Below are positions 39,518-49,765 of a DNA stretch of 64,000 nucleotides, piece by piece. The notes beneath the pieces were generated by a model, which was not told the DNA's origin, did no database searches, and was given only the letters and a program-made list of their open reading frames with translations. The DNA comes from Promethearchaeota archaeon. GTDB lineage: Archaea > Asgardarchaeota > Lokiarchaeia > Sigyniarchaeales > SOKP01. Position 1 is the first letter of the stretch; each line of letters opens with the position of its first letter. The stretch covers positions 32,001-96,000 of the forward strand of contig JAUVNS010000004.1 in assembly GCA_030599585.1 (NCBI GenBank). Direction: 5' to 3'. A program made the translations under genes and the position numbers.

Positions 39518-39969
39518 TTATGTCACGAAGAAACTTCGTGAAACGATGATTTCACGAATAATCAATATTTTTCTCGTTTATTTAAGAGCATGAGCTCGAA
39601 AATATTTTGAACTTTAAAATTTACACTATTTTATGAAAAAAATCTTATAAATCCTCTTCTTAAACGTATAGATAACCGATATCCTTTTTTTTCTCAGATT
39701 TTATTAAAAATATCTCGATTTTTTAATAAAAAATAATAACAGACGTTTAAGAATATTATAATTGGGCTATGATTTATAATCAAGTTATGGTATATCTCTT
39801 ATGGGAAAAAGCGCCCATTTTTCTGCATTCTTTTTCCATTTTTTAATCACTTAAATAATAATAATAAAAATAATAACGGGTGTTTTTTCTCATTTTTCCT
39901 TCTAATTAAATTGCTTACCGAAGAAACAACTAATCTTAAATTTATTCTTGTATTATTGAGCTTTACTGA

Positions 39970-41133
39970 TTGGATTGCCATAATATGACTAGCAATTTTA
40001 AAATCATAAATAAAGAATTTAAGACGGCGCTAAATAAGCTAAAATATCCCGATTCTTGGTTCTGGTGTCGATATACCATAAATCCTTACTCTGGATGTGC
40101 TCATACTTGCATTTATTGTGACGCTAGAAGCCAAAAGTATTACTTAAATCAAGATTTTGAACGCGAAGTAATTGTTAAAACTAACATGGATAAAATACTG
40201 GACAAAAGAATAAAAAACTCGCGAACATTACTTCCAGACGTTATAGGTCCTGGTGGAGTTTGCGACGCATACCAGCCAATAGAATTAGAAGTAGAAAATA
40301 CTTTAAAAATTCTAAAAATAATTGAAAAACATAGATTCCCGGTAAACATTGCAACAAAATCAAATTTGATAACTAGAGATATCGATATTTTAAGTAGAAT
40401 TGCGAATGATACTTGGTGTACGGTTGGTTTTTCTATTACTACGATGAATGAAGAATTAGCTACTTTTTTAGAACCTCATTCTTCATCCCCTAAAGAGCGA
40501 CTTGAAGCTCTAAAACAGATCAAACAAAAAGCCCCCAATATCCAAGTTGGAACCTATTTCATGCCAATAATCCCCTTTTTAGAAGATAACGACGAAAATT
40601 TAGTTGCTGTAATTAAAAAATCAAAAGAAGCCGGAGCCGATTTTATCATATTTGCTCCCGGATTAACTCTTCGAGATGATCAAGCTGATTTTTTCATTAA
40701 GAAATTAAGGGAAAGTAAATACAATCACATTGTTAACCCGTTGTTGAATTTATATAAGGGCCAGATGGGTCCTCCCAAGGGTTATGTTCAAAAGATGCAT
40801 CAAAAATTATTGGCACTATGTCAGAAATATGATATTGCTGTAAGAGAAAAGAGATGGATTCCAAACGATTATAGGAAATGGAATTATAAAATCTCAGAAT
40901 TATTGCTGGTAAAAGATTATATGAATAAATTAACATCGGGAAAATCAAATAAATCGTTTTATTGGGCAGGGTTAACTCTCAACAACTTGGAGGAATCAAT
41001 TATTAGTGTTTATAAAAGAGGAGAGTTAGCTACACTTAAGAATTTCAATTCTGAAGTAATAAAATTTGTAGAACCCTATTTAAAGAGAAGTAAAGAAATG
41101 AATGAAAAAACAGGAATGGATAAATTCATATGA
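39970..41133 (+). CDS. SplB/Rv2578c-like radical SAM protein (putative DNA repair)
   Basis: INPYSGCAHTCIYCDA, DAYQPIE, ATKS, LEP..SSPKERL. Confidence 0.88.
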   Translation: MDCHNMTSNFKIINKEFKTALNKLKYPDSWFWCRYTINPYSGCAHTCIYCDARSQKYYLNQDFEREVIVKTNMDKILDKRIKNSRTLLPDVIGPGGVCDAYQPIELEVENTLKILKIIEKHRFPVNIATKSNLITRDIDILSRIANDTWCTVGFSITTMNEELATFLEPHSSSPKERLEALKQIKQKAPNIQVGTYFMPIIPFLEDNDENLVAVIKKSKEAGADFIIFAPGLTLRDDQADFFIKKLRESKYNHIVNPLLNLYKGQMGPPKGYVQKMHQKLLALCQKYDIAVREKRWIPNDYRKWNYKISELLLVKDYMNKLTSGKSNKSFYWAGLTLNNLEESIISVYKRGELATLKNFNSEVIKFVEPYLKRSKEMNEKTGMDKFI

Positions 41134-41873
41134 TAGATTCGATCGTAAAAGAAATTTCAAGTTTACTCTTAGAAAACACTCCTCAGCAATCTGAAGATCA
41201 AAAGGATAGAATGTATAGAATCCTAAACCCAGACATTTCTGATTACATTATTTATGGCGTTCGAATGCCCGAAATAGAAAGGATTGTTAAGTCCGTTCAC
41301 GCAAAATTTAACTCAAGTTATGATGATGCTGTTGGAGTGTTTAGAAAACTAACAAGAATTAATGTTGAGGAACTTAAATTTGCCGGATTTTTCTTCCTAA
41401 ATCGGTTCAAGAAACATTTTAGTGAAGGAACTGTTGATTTGATTAGAAAAGAGTACGCAGAGCATTGTCACACTTGGAGTCACTGCGATTCAACTTGCGT
41501 AAGACTTTTAGGTCCGTTTTTAGGAAAAAAAGGAAACGAAGCTTTAGCAAAAAAAACAATAGATGATTGGTCTAATTCGAATAAACTTTGGATAAAACGA
41601 GCCTCTATGGTCATTTTACTTAAAATTACAATGATGAGAAAAGATTTTGACGAGGATTACGTCTTTGAACTAGTGGAAAAAATGTTGGCGTATTCTGATG
41701 CAAATTATATCGAAAAAGGAATAGGATGGCTCTTAAAAACATGCTCAAAATATAAGCCCGAAGTAATTTTTAATTATTTATCGAAGAATAAAAAAAATCT
41801 GTCTAGGTTAATCCTCAGATACGCCAGCGAAAAATTACCTAAAGAAAAGAGAGCAAAACTTCTTAGTAAATGA
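41130..41873 (+). CDS. AlkD-like DNA alkylation repair protein
   Basis: YGVRMP, TWSHCD, WIKRAS, KGIGWLLK, RYASEKL. Confidence 0.88.
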   Translation: MIDSIVKEISSLLLENTPQQSEDQKDRMYRILNPDISDYIIYGVRMPEIERIVKSVHAKFNSSYDDAVGVFRKLTRINVEELKFAGFFFLNRFKKHFSEGTVDLIRKEYAEHCHTWSHCDSTCVRLLGPFLGKKGNEALAKKTIDDWSNSNKLWIKRASMVILLKITMMRKDFDEDYVFELVEKMLAYSDANYIEKGIGWLLKTCSKYKPEVIFNYLSKNKKNLSRLILRYASEKLPKEKRAKLLSK

Positions 41874-41893
41874 AGATAATCCAATTCGAAACT

Positions 41894-42655
41894 TTAATCT
41901 CTTACAAGACCTTTTTTAATTTCATTAATCAGGAACTCAACCATTTTTTCGATATAGATTTTCCCGTGTTCTTTGCTTGCTTTAGTCGGATCTCCAAGAA
42001 CGCCAATATCAGTTAAGGAGGGCATTCCTTTCTCAAAAAGCATTTCGATTTCTTCCTTTCCTAAAATTCCAAGATATCCTGGTTGGAATCTTTCTTTTTT
42101 CACAAGATTTTCGGCGAGGAACAAAACTTCAGATGTCTCTACTTCACCAGCATGACCTCCCGCTTCTTCTACTGTTATATTTAAACCTGCTGCGATTTTA
42201 TCCTGTACATCCATAAATCTCATCAAATCTGTAAATGCTAAAATCTTTATATCAGGATATTTTACTTGCGCCTGCTCAACAGTTTCTTTTATGGGATTAA
42301 AATTTCCTCCATGCGTAGGGATAAAAATGATGTTTTGAAAGCCGTGTTTTTGAAGACTCTCTATATAATCGTTAATAATCGCCTTTAAAGTAGATTTTTT
42401 TAACGATATTGTCCCCGAGAACGGCAAATGATGTTCTGAGCACCCCACACTAATAGTTCGTGCTTGTAAGGCATTCTTTAGGTTTTGAGCGATTAAATTT
42501 ACCATGACATCTGCGATTAAAGCGTCCGTCTGAGTTGGCAAGTGAGGTCCATGCTGTTCCGTAGAGCCTACTCCAATTATGACCGTTTTGAAACCATCTT
42601 GAATTGCTTTCTTAATATCAACCCAATTCATTTCTTCCATTCGAAGTGTTTTCAT
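41894..42655 (-). CDS. Creatininase-family amidohydrolase
   Basis: GSTEQHGPHLP..TD, SEHH..F.GT, HGGN, HAGEVETS, GVLGDP. Confidence 0.92.
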   Translation of the reverse strand: MKTLRMEEMNWVDIKKAIQDGFKTVIIGVGSTEQHGPHLPTQTDALIADVMVNLIAQNLKNALQARTISVGCSEHHLPFSGTISLKKSTLKAIINDYIESLQKHGFQNIIFIPTHGGNFNPIKETVEQAQVKYPDIKILAFTDLMRFMDVQDKIAAGLNITVEEAGGHAGEVETSEVLFLAENLVKKERFQPGYLGILGKEEIEMLFEKGMPSLTDIGVLGDPTKASKEHGKIYIEKMVEFLINEIKKGLVRD

Positions 42656-42735
42656 TCTTCTTCCTTCATTTAGATACTTCTATTTTTTGAATTGCTTATG
42701 TGAGTTCTCGAATATATATAGAATTTACTTCAGTG

Positions 42736-43416
42736 CTTGATCGAAAACTAAAAAGATTTTCATGAGTTATGATTTAATTCATTTTTTCATATTATCGAGT
42801 TTTATTTATTTTTAAATAGAAAGGTAAATTCAGAGTCCCTTTCATATGAAAATTCCATTAAAAATTAAAAAATAAAATTATTAGGCTTCAATTTTTTCTT
42901 CCAGTCCTTGGGAAAAAGAATACACACCTATATCAATACTTTTTACTGCTTCTAGAAGCTCTGGTGAGGGGTCACCGTAGATATTAACGTGATCTATTGG
43001 AAAATCAATATATGCTTTTTCTAGAGTTTCTCTTAAGTTTGCCATATGCTCGAGCACAGCTTCTGAGTTCTTATATTCCTGACGAACTTCACACTCTGTT
43101 TTGTCACTACTAATATAAACGTCATACTTAATTGTTCCCGTATCTCTTTCCTTGCTCAGTCGTATAGTCTCGACTGCGAGTTCCTTGAATTCTTCTAGTT
43201 TTCCCTTCGGTATTTTCATAATCGCACTAATTTCTATATTGTTATTATTTTTCATGATAAAACCTTCCTTTTTATCATCTCAAAAAAAATAGACAATATA
43301 TAGATACAGATAATAATTCGAACTAAATTTGCAGAATTTTATTGCAAAATGAAAGAGTCTGATGAGATATGTTAATAACTTATAGACTTGATCTAAAACT
43401 AAAAAGATTTTTATGA
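42736..43416. repeat. Pair of 30-bp direct repeats flanking the ABM gene
   Basis: CTTGATCGAAAACTAAAAAGATTTTCATGA (42736-42765) and CTTGATCTAAAACTAAAAAGATTTTTATGA (43387-43416), 28/30 identical. Confidence 0.85.
42881..43255 (-). CDS. ABM-like (dimeric alpha+beta barrel) protein
   Basis: GKLEEFK...DTGTIKYD...YKNSEAVLEH...YGDPSPEL. Confidence 0.8.
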   Translation of the reverse strand: MKNNNNIEISAIMKIPKGKLEEFKELAVETIRLSKERDTGTIKYDVYISSDKTECEVRQEYKNSEAVLEHMANLRETLEKAYIDFPIDHVNIYGDPSPELLEAVKSIDIGVYSFSQGLEEKIEA

Positions 43417-43493
43417 CATTCTATACTTTGATTTCTATCTTAATTAGGATAAAAAGAGTATTATTAATTCCAAGTTAAGAGCAGCATTACTTT

Positions 43494-43597
43494 GCCAAGG
43501 TGGCGTAGCCCGGAACGAGTTGAAACGTCTCAACAGTGGGTAAGAACGCACTAGACTGAAGATCTAGGTATCGAGGGTTCAAATCCCTCTCTTGGCA
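43494..43597 (+). tRNA. tRNA-Phe(GAA) with a 30-nt D-loop intron (43514-43543)
   Basis: CTAGA-CTGAAGA-TCTAG anticodon arm; removing the intron at the BHB bulges restores GCGT-AGCCCGGGA-ACGC. Confidence 0.9.
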
Positions 43598-43717
43598 TTT
43601 TTTTTCACTTGATAAACTCCTCCCTAAATTTGAATTTTTGCCTTCTCTTATCTTGATTAATAAATTCTTTAAATTCATAATTATTATCATCAATAAATTC
43701 ATATAGGAGATAATTTA

Positions 43718-44854
43718 ATGAAGTGTCTTGTTTTAGGAGCAGGTCTTGTTGGGAGCACTATCGCCCTTGATTTAGCAAAGGATCGAGATATGGACGTAAC
43801 AGTTGCTGATGTCAACCAGTCTTCCTTAGATAAATTGAAACAACAGCAAATTAACGTGATACACGCTGATTTATCTAACTCACAAACTTTGAAGAGCATG
43901 GTAATGGACTTTGATATTATTGTTGGGGCATTACCGGGTTTCATGGGTTTTAAAACGCTTAAATCTATTATAGAAACCGGTAAAAATGTTGTAGATATCG
44001 CATTTTTTCCTGAAGATGCTTTTAAACTTGATAAACTCGCTAAAGAAAATAATGTAACCGCAATAGTGGACTGTGGGGTTGCTCCTGGATTAAGTAGTAT
44101 CATACTAGGCCATCTCTATAATTCCTTAGAGAAAATCGATTCTTACATTTGCTATGTTGGAGGTCTTCCAGTAATAAGAGAGTGGCCTCTTGAATACAAG
44201 ACTCTTTTTTCACCCATTGACATGATCGAAGATTATACAACGCCAGCAAGATTTGTTGTAAAAGGTAATCTTGTTATCCGACCAGCATTATCTGATCCTG
44301 AAATAATAGATTTCCCTGGAATTGGTTCTCTTGAAGCGTTCAATATGGATGGATTAAGAACCTTGACAAAGACATTCCCTGACATTCCTAACAAGATAGA
44401 GAAAACATTACGTTACCCTGACCATATAGAAAAGATGAAACTACTAATGGATCTAGGTTTTTTTTCCCACGAAACCATTGAAGTCAAGGGGGTAAAAATC
44501 AAGCCCATAGATCTCACCACGAAATTGATACTTCCAAAGTGGAAATTCAAGGAAGGTGAAGAAGATCTCACTGTAATGCAAATAATCATTAAAGGAGAGA
44601 AACTAGGTAGGAAAGTTACTTACTGTTATGATATGCTTGACCGTTATGATAAAAACTCAAAAACACTATCCATGGCCCGTACTACAGGTTATACATGTTC
44701 CATAGTTACCCGTCTCGTCGCTAAGGGTGTTTATAATAGGAAAGGGATATCTCCACCGGAGTATATAGGACAAAATAGCACATGTTACAATACACTCCTG
44801 AAAGAACTGGAGAAGAGAGATGTTACTATCACAGAAACCATAGAAGAGCAGTAA
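43718..44854 (+). CDS. Saccharopine/lysine 6-dehydrogenase family protein
   Basis: GAGLVG, DCGVAPG, YVGGLP, KTLRYP.H, MARTTG. Confidence 0.9.
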   Translation: MKCLVLGAGLVGSTIALDLAKDRDMDVTVADVNQSSLDKLKQQQINVIHADLSNSQTLKSMVMDFDIIVGALPGFMGFKTLKSIIETGKNVVDIAFFPEDAFKLDKLAKENNVTAIVDCGVAPGLSSIILGHLYNSLEKIDSYICYVGGLPVIREWPLEYKTLFSPIDMIEDYTTPARFVVKGNLVIRPALSDPEIIDFPGIGSLEAFNMDGLRTLTKTFPDIPNKIEKTLRYPDHIEKMKLLMDLGFFSHETIEVKGVKIKPIDLTTKLILPKWKFKEGEEDLTVMQIIIKGEKLGRKVTYCYDMLDRYDKNSKTLSMARTTGYTCSIVTRLVAKGVYNRKGISPPEYIGQNSTCYNTLLKELEKRDVTITETIEEQ

Positions 44855-44890
44855 AACAACGAAATATTCTGTCTTTTTTTATATACTTTT

Positions 44891-45448
44891 TTAAGACCTT
44901 AATTTAAGTTTTAGTCTTCTCTTATCCTTACTGATAAATTCTTTAAATTCAGAATTATTATCGTCAATGAATTCCCAAAACTCGTTATAAACATCTTTTA
45001 GACTTCTTTTGCTCTCGAGTTTCTTACTTTCTTGTAATTTTTGCTCCAATTCATTCTTCTTCTTCTTATTCACTGTAGGTCGAAATTTAACGTAATTCCC
45101 TTCTAAAATTAAGTGATCAAAGAGTTCGTCCTCACTTCCACTTAAAAGTTGTATATCAGCTTGTTGTTTTTGGTCTTTCTTATTTTCAAATTCAAAATCG
45201 ACTTTTTGATATCCGCGAATAGCAAAGTTTTTATCAAGAAAAGCTTGAAAGTGATGGTCGCATACTAATCCTTTTGGCAAAGAGATAGTAGTTAAGTGTC
45301 GAGATTTGCTAATCACTGATTTAGGAAATTTCATAACTTTCCTTGCTTTGCATATAGGACATTCAATTTTGACGTCAGAATATTCGTTGAGCTCGCCAAT
45401 TTGAGTAGTAAGGTTTTGTTCTAAAATAGCCATAGTTACAACACCCAC
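44891..45448 (-). CDS. Hypothetical Zn-binding protein
   Basis: CPIC...CDHHFQAFLDKNFAIRGYQKVDF. Confidence 0.7.
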   Translation of the reverse strand: MGVVTMAILEQNLTTQIGELNEYSDVKIECPICKARKVMKFPKSVISKSRHLTTISLPKGLVCDHHFQAFLDKNFAIRGYQKVDFEFENKKDQKQQADIQLLSGSEDELFDHLILEGNYVKFRPTVNKKKKNELEQKLQESKKLESKRSLKDVYNEFWEFIDDNNSEFKEFISKDKRRLKLKLRS

Positions 45449-45549
45449 ATAATTGTTAAAAACTAAGCATAAAAACTCCTATAATAATTTATTAATATAC
45501 GGTAGGCACAGAAACATACACGAGCCGTAAAAAAGAGGGGGTGTTACAA

Positions 45550-46101
45550 TTATTTTGGATCAAATTTCTGATTTAAGTTTTCTGCTCCTAATTCGAAGTT
45601 AAATTCAAGAGTAGGAATAATTTCCGATTTAAACTTGAATGTGTGCTTTCCTTCTGAAAATTTTTCTAAACCGTCTTCATCAATTTTAATTAAAATGCTT
45701 ATAGTATCTCCTAAAGCTATCATTCTTCCAGCAAGCTTTCCGCTCAATAAATCATCAACAGTATATTCCTCAGCCTTGAGATAAAATCTGAAGTGTCCTT
45801 TAAGTTTTTCTACATCGAAATCTTTCTTCGAAACATTTATAGGAAACTCGTCGAGATACATCTTTCCATAATCTGAAAGTTCAAAATTATTGATATCGAA
45901 ATTTTTCGTGCTGAATCCACCGAGTTCAATATGCTTAGGAATGAAGATCGGCATAATCACGTTTAACACTTTAATAAGAAGAGAATCTGCTTTTCCGTCA
46001 TTATTCGTGTCGACGGTATAAATGGATTTCTTTGGTGGAAATATTTTTTTAAAGAGTACTTTGAGAGCTGAAATATCGAAAGACATAATTATTATTACCA
46101 A
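45550..46101 (-). CDS. Hypothetical protein
   Basis: 183-aa ORF, likely starting at MSFDI. Confidence 0.7.
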   Translation of the reverse strand: MVIIIMSFDISALKVLFKKIFPPKKSIYTVDTNNDGKADSLLIKVLNVIMPIFIPKHIELGGFSTKNFDINNFELSDYGKMYLDEFPINVSKKDFDVEKLKGHFRFYLKAEEYTVDDLLSGKLAGRMIALGDTISILIKIDEDGLEKFSEGKHTFKFKSEIIPTLEFNFELGAENLNQKFDPK

Positions 46102-46165
46102 TAAAATGATAATTTTTTATCTTTGTGTTAAATAATTATTATTTAATTAAAAAGTTATGATATGA

Positions 46166-47215
46166 TTAAGGTATTGTAATGATTTTCACGCACTTTCTTT
46201 CTTTCATTAAGTTAAAACCAGTTGAGATTAATTTCTCTAAAGGAATGACTTTAGTAATGAGTTTATCAACTTCTATTGCCTTATTAGCAATGAGTTCAAT
46301 TGCATCTAAGAAATCTTCGGCATAGCCTATATACGACCCTAAGATTTGTCTTTGATATCTCACAATGTCATTTGGTTTTATTTTTGCTTCTGCACGATAA
46401 TCCTGTCCAAAACAAATAAGTCGAGCACCTGGTGCCCAAAATTTAGTTGCCATTTCAAACGTCTTAGAAATCCCAACAGCATCAATTATAACATCTGCTC
46501 CCTCGTTATTAGTTACTTTCATGATTTGTTTCTGCACATTCGTAGTATCTGGATTAATTAATATGTCCGCTCCTAATTCTAGTGCTTTTTGACCGCGCCA
46601 TTCGTCAATTTCTATGCTGATCAATCTTTTGATTGGGTGCTTTCTTATAACCGATTCTATAATTAATCCCATAGGACCGGCTCCAATTATGGCCACATTA
46701 TCGGATTCCTTGACATTTGCGATGTTATGGCAGTGAACTGCACAAGAAAGGGGTTCTATTAAAGAAGCAGCAACTAGGTCTATTTTTTCAGGCAGCTTAA
46801 AGAGTGAACTCCTCGGTAATACGCAGAATTTTGCAAACCCTCCGTTTTGAAAGATACCAAATGTTGTTCCTAGAGCCATATATTCGCATAAGTTTGACAG
46901 TCCTCTCCTGCAATTAATACAGTATCCACACTTTTCATTTGGATCTACGACAACTTTATCACCAATTTCTAAATCTTTGATACTCTCTCCAATTTCTCTG
47001 ATTATTCCTGAAAACTCATGCCCTAAAATCGTATTATCATTAGCAGGGTGTCCTCCCTCCATGATTTTTAAATCGGTACCACATATTCCACAAGCTTTTA
47101 TTTCCACTAAAACTTGATTGCTTTTAGTAATCTTAGGTAGATCCGCTTCTTCTAAATTAATATCTCCACCTAGTTCATTACCTTTGTGAAATACTGCTGC
47201 CAACATTTTTTCCAT
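46166..47215 (-). CDS. Zn-dependent (MDR) alcohol/polyol dehydrogenase
   Basis: CGICGTD, GHEFSG, CGYCINC...C, GAGPMG. Confidence 0.93.
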   Translation of the reverse strand: MEKMLAAVFHKGNELGGDINLEEADLPKITKSNQVLVEIKACGICGTDLKIMEGGHPANDNTILGHEFSGIIREIGESIKDLEIGDKVVVDPNEKCGYCINCRRGLSNLCEYMALGTTFGIFQNGGFAKFCVLPRSSLFKLPEKIDLVAASLIEPLSCAVHCHNIANVKESDNVAIIGAGPMGLIIESVIRKHPIKRLISIEIDEWRGQKALELGADILINPDTTNVQKQIMKVTNNEGADVIIDAVGISKTFEMATKFWAPGARLICFGQDYRAEAKIKPNDIVRYQRQILGSYIGYAEDFLDAIELIANKAIEVDKLITKVIPLEKLISTGFNLMKERKCVKIITIP

Positions 47216-47381
47216 AGTAAGACCCTCAATTATTCAATAGATTATTTATTACAATTAATTATAATCAACTATAATCTCATCGCTAAATAATTTTCTTACT
47301 TTAATTCATAGATTGCTTACTTTATTTTATAGATTGTAAAAATGAGATAAAAAAAAAAAAATGTTTATTTTTATGAGTTAA

Positions 47382-47876
47382 TTACAATTTTGCTCCACAA
47401 TAAGCACAATACACTGCGGTTCCATCACGTTTTACAGAGGTTCCACAGTTAGAACAATAATTTCCTTTCTCTTGAGATGGCGCTTGGTTGGAAGTCGTAA
47501 CTTCTATGTGCTTCGCCTCGCCAGTTTTAGTAGAAAATTTACCTCTCAATTCTCCCCTTGCCTTGAGATCTAATACTATTGCTCGAGCATCTTTAGTTGT
47601 TATCCCTGTGTTAGTAGCGATTTGTTCAATCGAAGCTGTAGGATTTTCTTCAAATTCGAGCTTAACAACATTTCTTAACTTGCCTCTGCTTGTTAGCTTA
47701 TAAATTTGGCTCGATATTATTGATAATCCTATTGCAATCAAAATAAATCCAAACCACCACCAAATGTGAAACATATTCTCAAGGAGATTATTAAATCCCC
47801 AATATAGAAACATACCGGCTATGATGAGAGAACAGATGCTAAAGCCGTCCGAATATTGGTTTGATTCATATTTCAT
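47382..47876 (-). CDS. Membrane protein with winged-helix-like segment and C-terminal zinc ribbon
   Basis: Two TM helices; CSNCG...CAYCG. Confidence 0.75.
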   Translation of the reverse strand: MKYESNQYSDGFSICSLIIAGMFLYWGFNNLLENMFHIWWWFGFILIAIGLSIISSQIYKLTSRGKLRNVVKLEFEENPTASIEQIATNTGITTKDARAIVLDLKARGELRGKFSTKTGEAKHIEVTTSNQAPSQEKGNYCSNCGTSVKRDGTAVYCAYCGAKL

Positions 47877-48066
47877 GATTTATCAAATTTACATTTATAA
47901 TATTTTATAATTTTATACAAATAATTCTTACAATAACAAAATGGATGCAATATATATGAGTCAAAGAGACCAATATTTAATTTATCCTTCTAAAATAAAA
48001 ATAAACGTTAATTTTAGAAGGGGTTTATTGGATAAGGTTTAAAATGAAAGCGCAAAAATTTGCGTC

Positions 48067-48423
48067 TTAAGGGGGATTTACTGACTGATTTATTATTTTA
48101 AATACATCTCTTACTTCGACTTGGTCCTCTGTTAAAAGGATAACCAAATGTTCAAGTATTTTTATTGAAAGGATATAATAGTTATCAGAATGAGTTATAT
48201 TAAAATCTGGACTGTGGAGTCCTATACTTTCGGCAGTTTCTTCTGCTAATTCATAAAGCTGAGATATGTTAAGCGAGATAGAGGCTTTATTAAACTCGTC
48301 CTCATTTATATATGATTTCATAATGACTCCATTCAAAGAAGAAATCAAGATGAAGTAAACTGACGGTCCTAAATCACTTACCAAATTGTTTAGAATCGTG
48401 TCCAAATCTATTGTCAGCGTCAT
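48067..48423 (-). CDS. Roadblock-like protein
   Basis: ILISSLNGVIMKS...LYELAEETAESIG...ILLT alpha/beta pattern. Confidence 0.6.
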   Translation of the reverse strand: MTLTIDLDTILNNLVSDLGPSVYFILISSLNGVIMKSYINEDEFNKASISLNISQLYELAEETAESIGLHSPDFNITHSDNYYILSIKILEHLVILLTEDQVEVRDVFKIINQSVNPP

Positions 48424-48524
48424 CTAATTATTTTATAAATTTGAATTATAAATATGTTTGGGTAAGATTAATTAAGAGTGCTAGTATCTCGTATTGTTTT
48501 TTTTTATATCTTAAGATGAGCTGA

Positions 48525-49322
48525 CTATAAGAAGTATTTATCAACTACCAACTTGAAGCAATGAAACTGGTTTAGATCTCCGTTAAAATTTTTTACACTT
48601 TCCTTGAATTGATCTAAAAACTCCTCTGCAATCAGATCCGTATATCGCTCAAAATTATCAGTTTTCAGCGAACTATCAACAAGATAAGCAAAAATTATGT
48701 CCTCTTTAACAGATATGATAAATTGCTGGGCTCCAAAATTGATCGCCTGAAGTGTATCTCCAGAATTTTTTGCGATAATTTCGTTTGAAAACATTAAAAT
48801 AGCTGAAAGAAAACCCCCAATTTGAATGTGATTTTCTGATATTGATGTTTTATCGTCTCTAATTTTGGTAAATAATGTGTGTCCCGATGTGCTAACTACA
48901 AAAAGAGCAGACAACCCTTCAAAATTTGGAATTATTTTATTGCACATATTATTAATCCAAGATAAAGGGGCATTAGAACAATACATTTGGGCTAAAATTT
49001 TTGAAGTTGAACACATGGAATCGTAATCTGTGAGAGTATCCTTTTCAATGAGATAGAAAATTGCAATACTTTCCGTGTCAAGAGAATAGAAATGAATGGA
49101 AACAGTGAAAATTCCAAGAAGATCAATTATTTTTCCCTCTTTCTTTTCTAAAATATCGGAGCGATAAAGCTTTAATAGATCATTCATAAGAGAACGGCTA
49201 ATTCCTTTATTGTATATTAAATTAGAATTTCTTTCAGTTATCGATACTATTCCAACACCCAATATATCCATTGCGGTTGGACTGTCCAATAATTCCTGAT
49301 GACCTTTCTCTAATACAATCAT
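48525..49322 (-). CDS. Longin-like domain protein
   Basis: C-terminal LFVVSTSGHTLF...IGGFLSAILMFSNEI...IAEEFLDQF...FNGDLNQF pattern typical of Asgard longins. Confidence 0.7.
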   Translation of the reverse strand: MIVLEKGHQELLDSPTAMDILGVGIVSITERNSNLIYNKGISRSLMNDLLKLYRSDILEKKEGKIIDLLGIFTVSIHFYSLDTESIAIFYLIEKDTLTDYDSMCSTSKILAQMYCSNAPLSWINNMCNKIIPNFEGLSALFVVSTSGHTLFTKIRDDKTSISENHIQIGGFLSAILMFSNEIIAKNSGDTLQAINFGAQQFIISVKEDIIFAYLVDSSLKTDNFERYTDLIAEEFLDQFKESVKNFNGDLNQFHCFKLVVDKYFL

Positions 49323-49765
49323 TTTTTTATTTTTTTGTGGTCAAAATTTTTTTTATTTGAACTAAAAAATAAAGTTAACCATAATATTTGAGGTAAAAAT
49401 CCTATTTAAATGTTTGTGTTTTGTTATAAAAAAATTCAAACAAAAAAGATAGATAATTTCCAAATAATAAGTTTATACCCTACTAAGAATTGATTCTTCT
49501 TATTTTAATCTTTTATTTCAAGAAATATTTTTTTGCATAACAAATAAAAATTTTTACACCCAAACAAATATTAATTTTGTTATCAAATTTTTAAGTTGGT
49601 TTTTTAAAGATATTTATTTAAATTATGACTTTGGGTCAATGGAAATTTCCCCCTAACATTCAAGTCCATCTATTGGTATACATCGAAATATTATATAAAA
49701 ATATTAACTAATAATAATAATAGTAATAATAAACCGTAAATGTTTTCAGAATACTCAAACTCGGC

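Noticed and set aside
41894-42655. Mycofactocin (MftE) pathway
   Set aside because: No mftA/B/C/D/F neighbours; generic creatininase-family call retained
43487-43702. 71-aa minus-strand ORF
   Set aside because: Antisense shadow of tRNA-Phe
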